Source of the DNA: Phoronis australis
Lineage: Eukaryota; Animalia; Phoronida
Length of the DNA stretch: 64,000 nt
Assembly (NCBI GenBank): GCA_002633005.1
Contig: NMRA01000184.1
Location: 251,255 to 315,254 of the forward strand
Direction: 5' to 3'
This document shows, one piece after another, positions 63,250-64,000 of this stretch (within the stretch, counting starts at the first letter, position 1; each line of letters opens with the position of its first letter). The notes below the pieces were generated by a model that was not told where the DNA came from, searched no databases, and saw only the letters and a list, made by a program, of their open reading frames with translations. The position numbers and the translations under genes were made by a program.

Positions 63250-64000
63250 ATATTATTTATATGTGGACGCATTATGCCGTCATCTCCGTCCGTTCGGGTG
63301 GCGTCCCTTTGACATATGTTCATGAAATTTGGCACATATGTTCCATTCATGAATGGGGCGGCATGAGCGAACTTTCAGACGGATTCGAATACCGGTGTGT
63401 CATCTAGCGGCAATTTTAGTTTTTACACTTACCTTTATATCTTCAAAAGTCCTGACCGGATTTTCATGAAATTTGGTGTGTAGGCACCTATTAGTGAGAT
63501 GACGCTATCCTCCCGTTTTCGGATGGATTCGACATAGTTTGCGCCACCTATTGGCCATTTTTACTGTTTTCGAGTTTTTTGCGTCCGCCCCTTTATCAAC
63601 CAAACCGCTCAAAGGATGATTGTGAAAATTGGCATGTATGACGATTTTGACTACTGTGGTGCCTCCTAGTGGCAGTTTTGTTTTTTTGCACCTATGGCTG
63701 TATCTCTTAAACCGTTCTCAAAAACGGTACGAAATTTAGTAAGTATAGTTATATGATATTAACAACGGATGACGACGACTTTTGGACAGATCCGACTACC
63801 GGTGTGCCCCCTAGTGGCAATTTTATTTTTTTTACGTTTACCTTTGTATCTTCAAAAGTCCTTAACGATTTTCATGAAATTTAATATGTAGGCACCTATT
63901 AGTGAGGTGATGCTATCCTGTTTTCAGATGGATTCGACGTAGTTTGCACACCTAGTGGCCATTTTTACTGTTTTCGAGTTTTTGTTGCGCCTATGGCTGT
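63250..64000. repeat. Helentron/DINE-like element with internal tandem array (~140-bp subunits, ~410-bp higher-order unit); runs off the window
   Basis: 63381-63580 recurs at ~63790-63985; ttcatgaaatttgg and ccWCTAGtggc cores in the subunits. Confidence 0.7.

Overview
AT-rich, intron-containing animal genomic DNA, probably from a lophotrochozoan or other marine invertebrate (inferred from TE families and gene content; the taxon cannot be fixed). Four host genes are supported: the 5' part of an ARID1/osa-like gene (minus strand, runs off the left edge); an intronless Toll-like receptor ORF (23611-26517, +) split by one in-frame TGA; a 3-coding-exon ankyrin/SOCS-box (ASB-like) gene (minus); and a complete 8-exon NOLC1/Nopp140 gene (+) whose introns host two snR38/SNORD1-like box C/D snoRNAs. 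Much of the rest is nested transposable elements: a 5'-truncated RT/RNase H LINE, a DD37D (maT) Tc1/mariner, an internally deleted Academ (XPG-type) transposon with ~0.8 kb modular inverted repeats, a gag-only Gypsy-like LTR element that keeps its -1 frameshift signal, a head-to-head pair of unclassified long-TIR element ends forming a ~0.84 kb palindrome, several MITEs, a tRNA-type SINE and a Helentron/DINE-like tandem array carrying CTCF-like motifs. All calls were read by eye; no database search was run. I found no unambiguous new system. The best leads are the split TLR (with a nearby LRR/TIR relic), the promoter-bearing TIR element with an unknown gene, and the TE-borne CTCF-like motif arrays.
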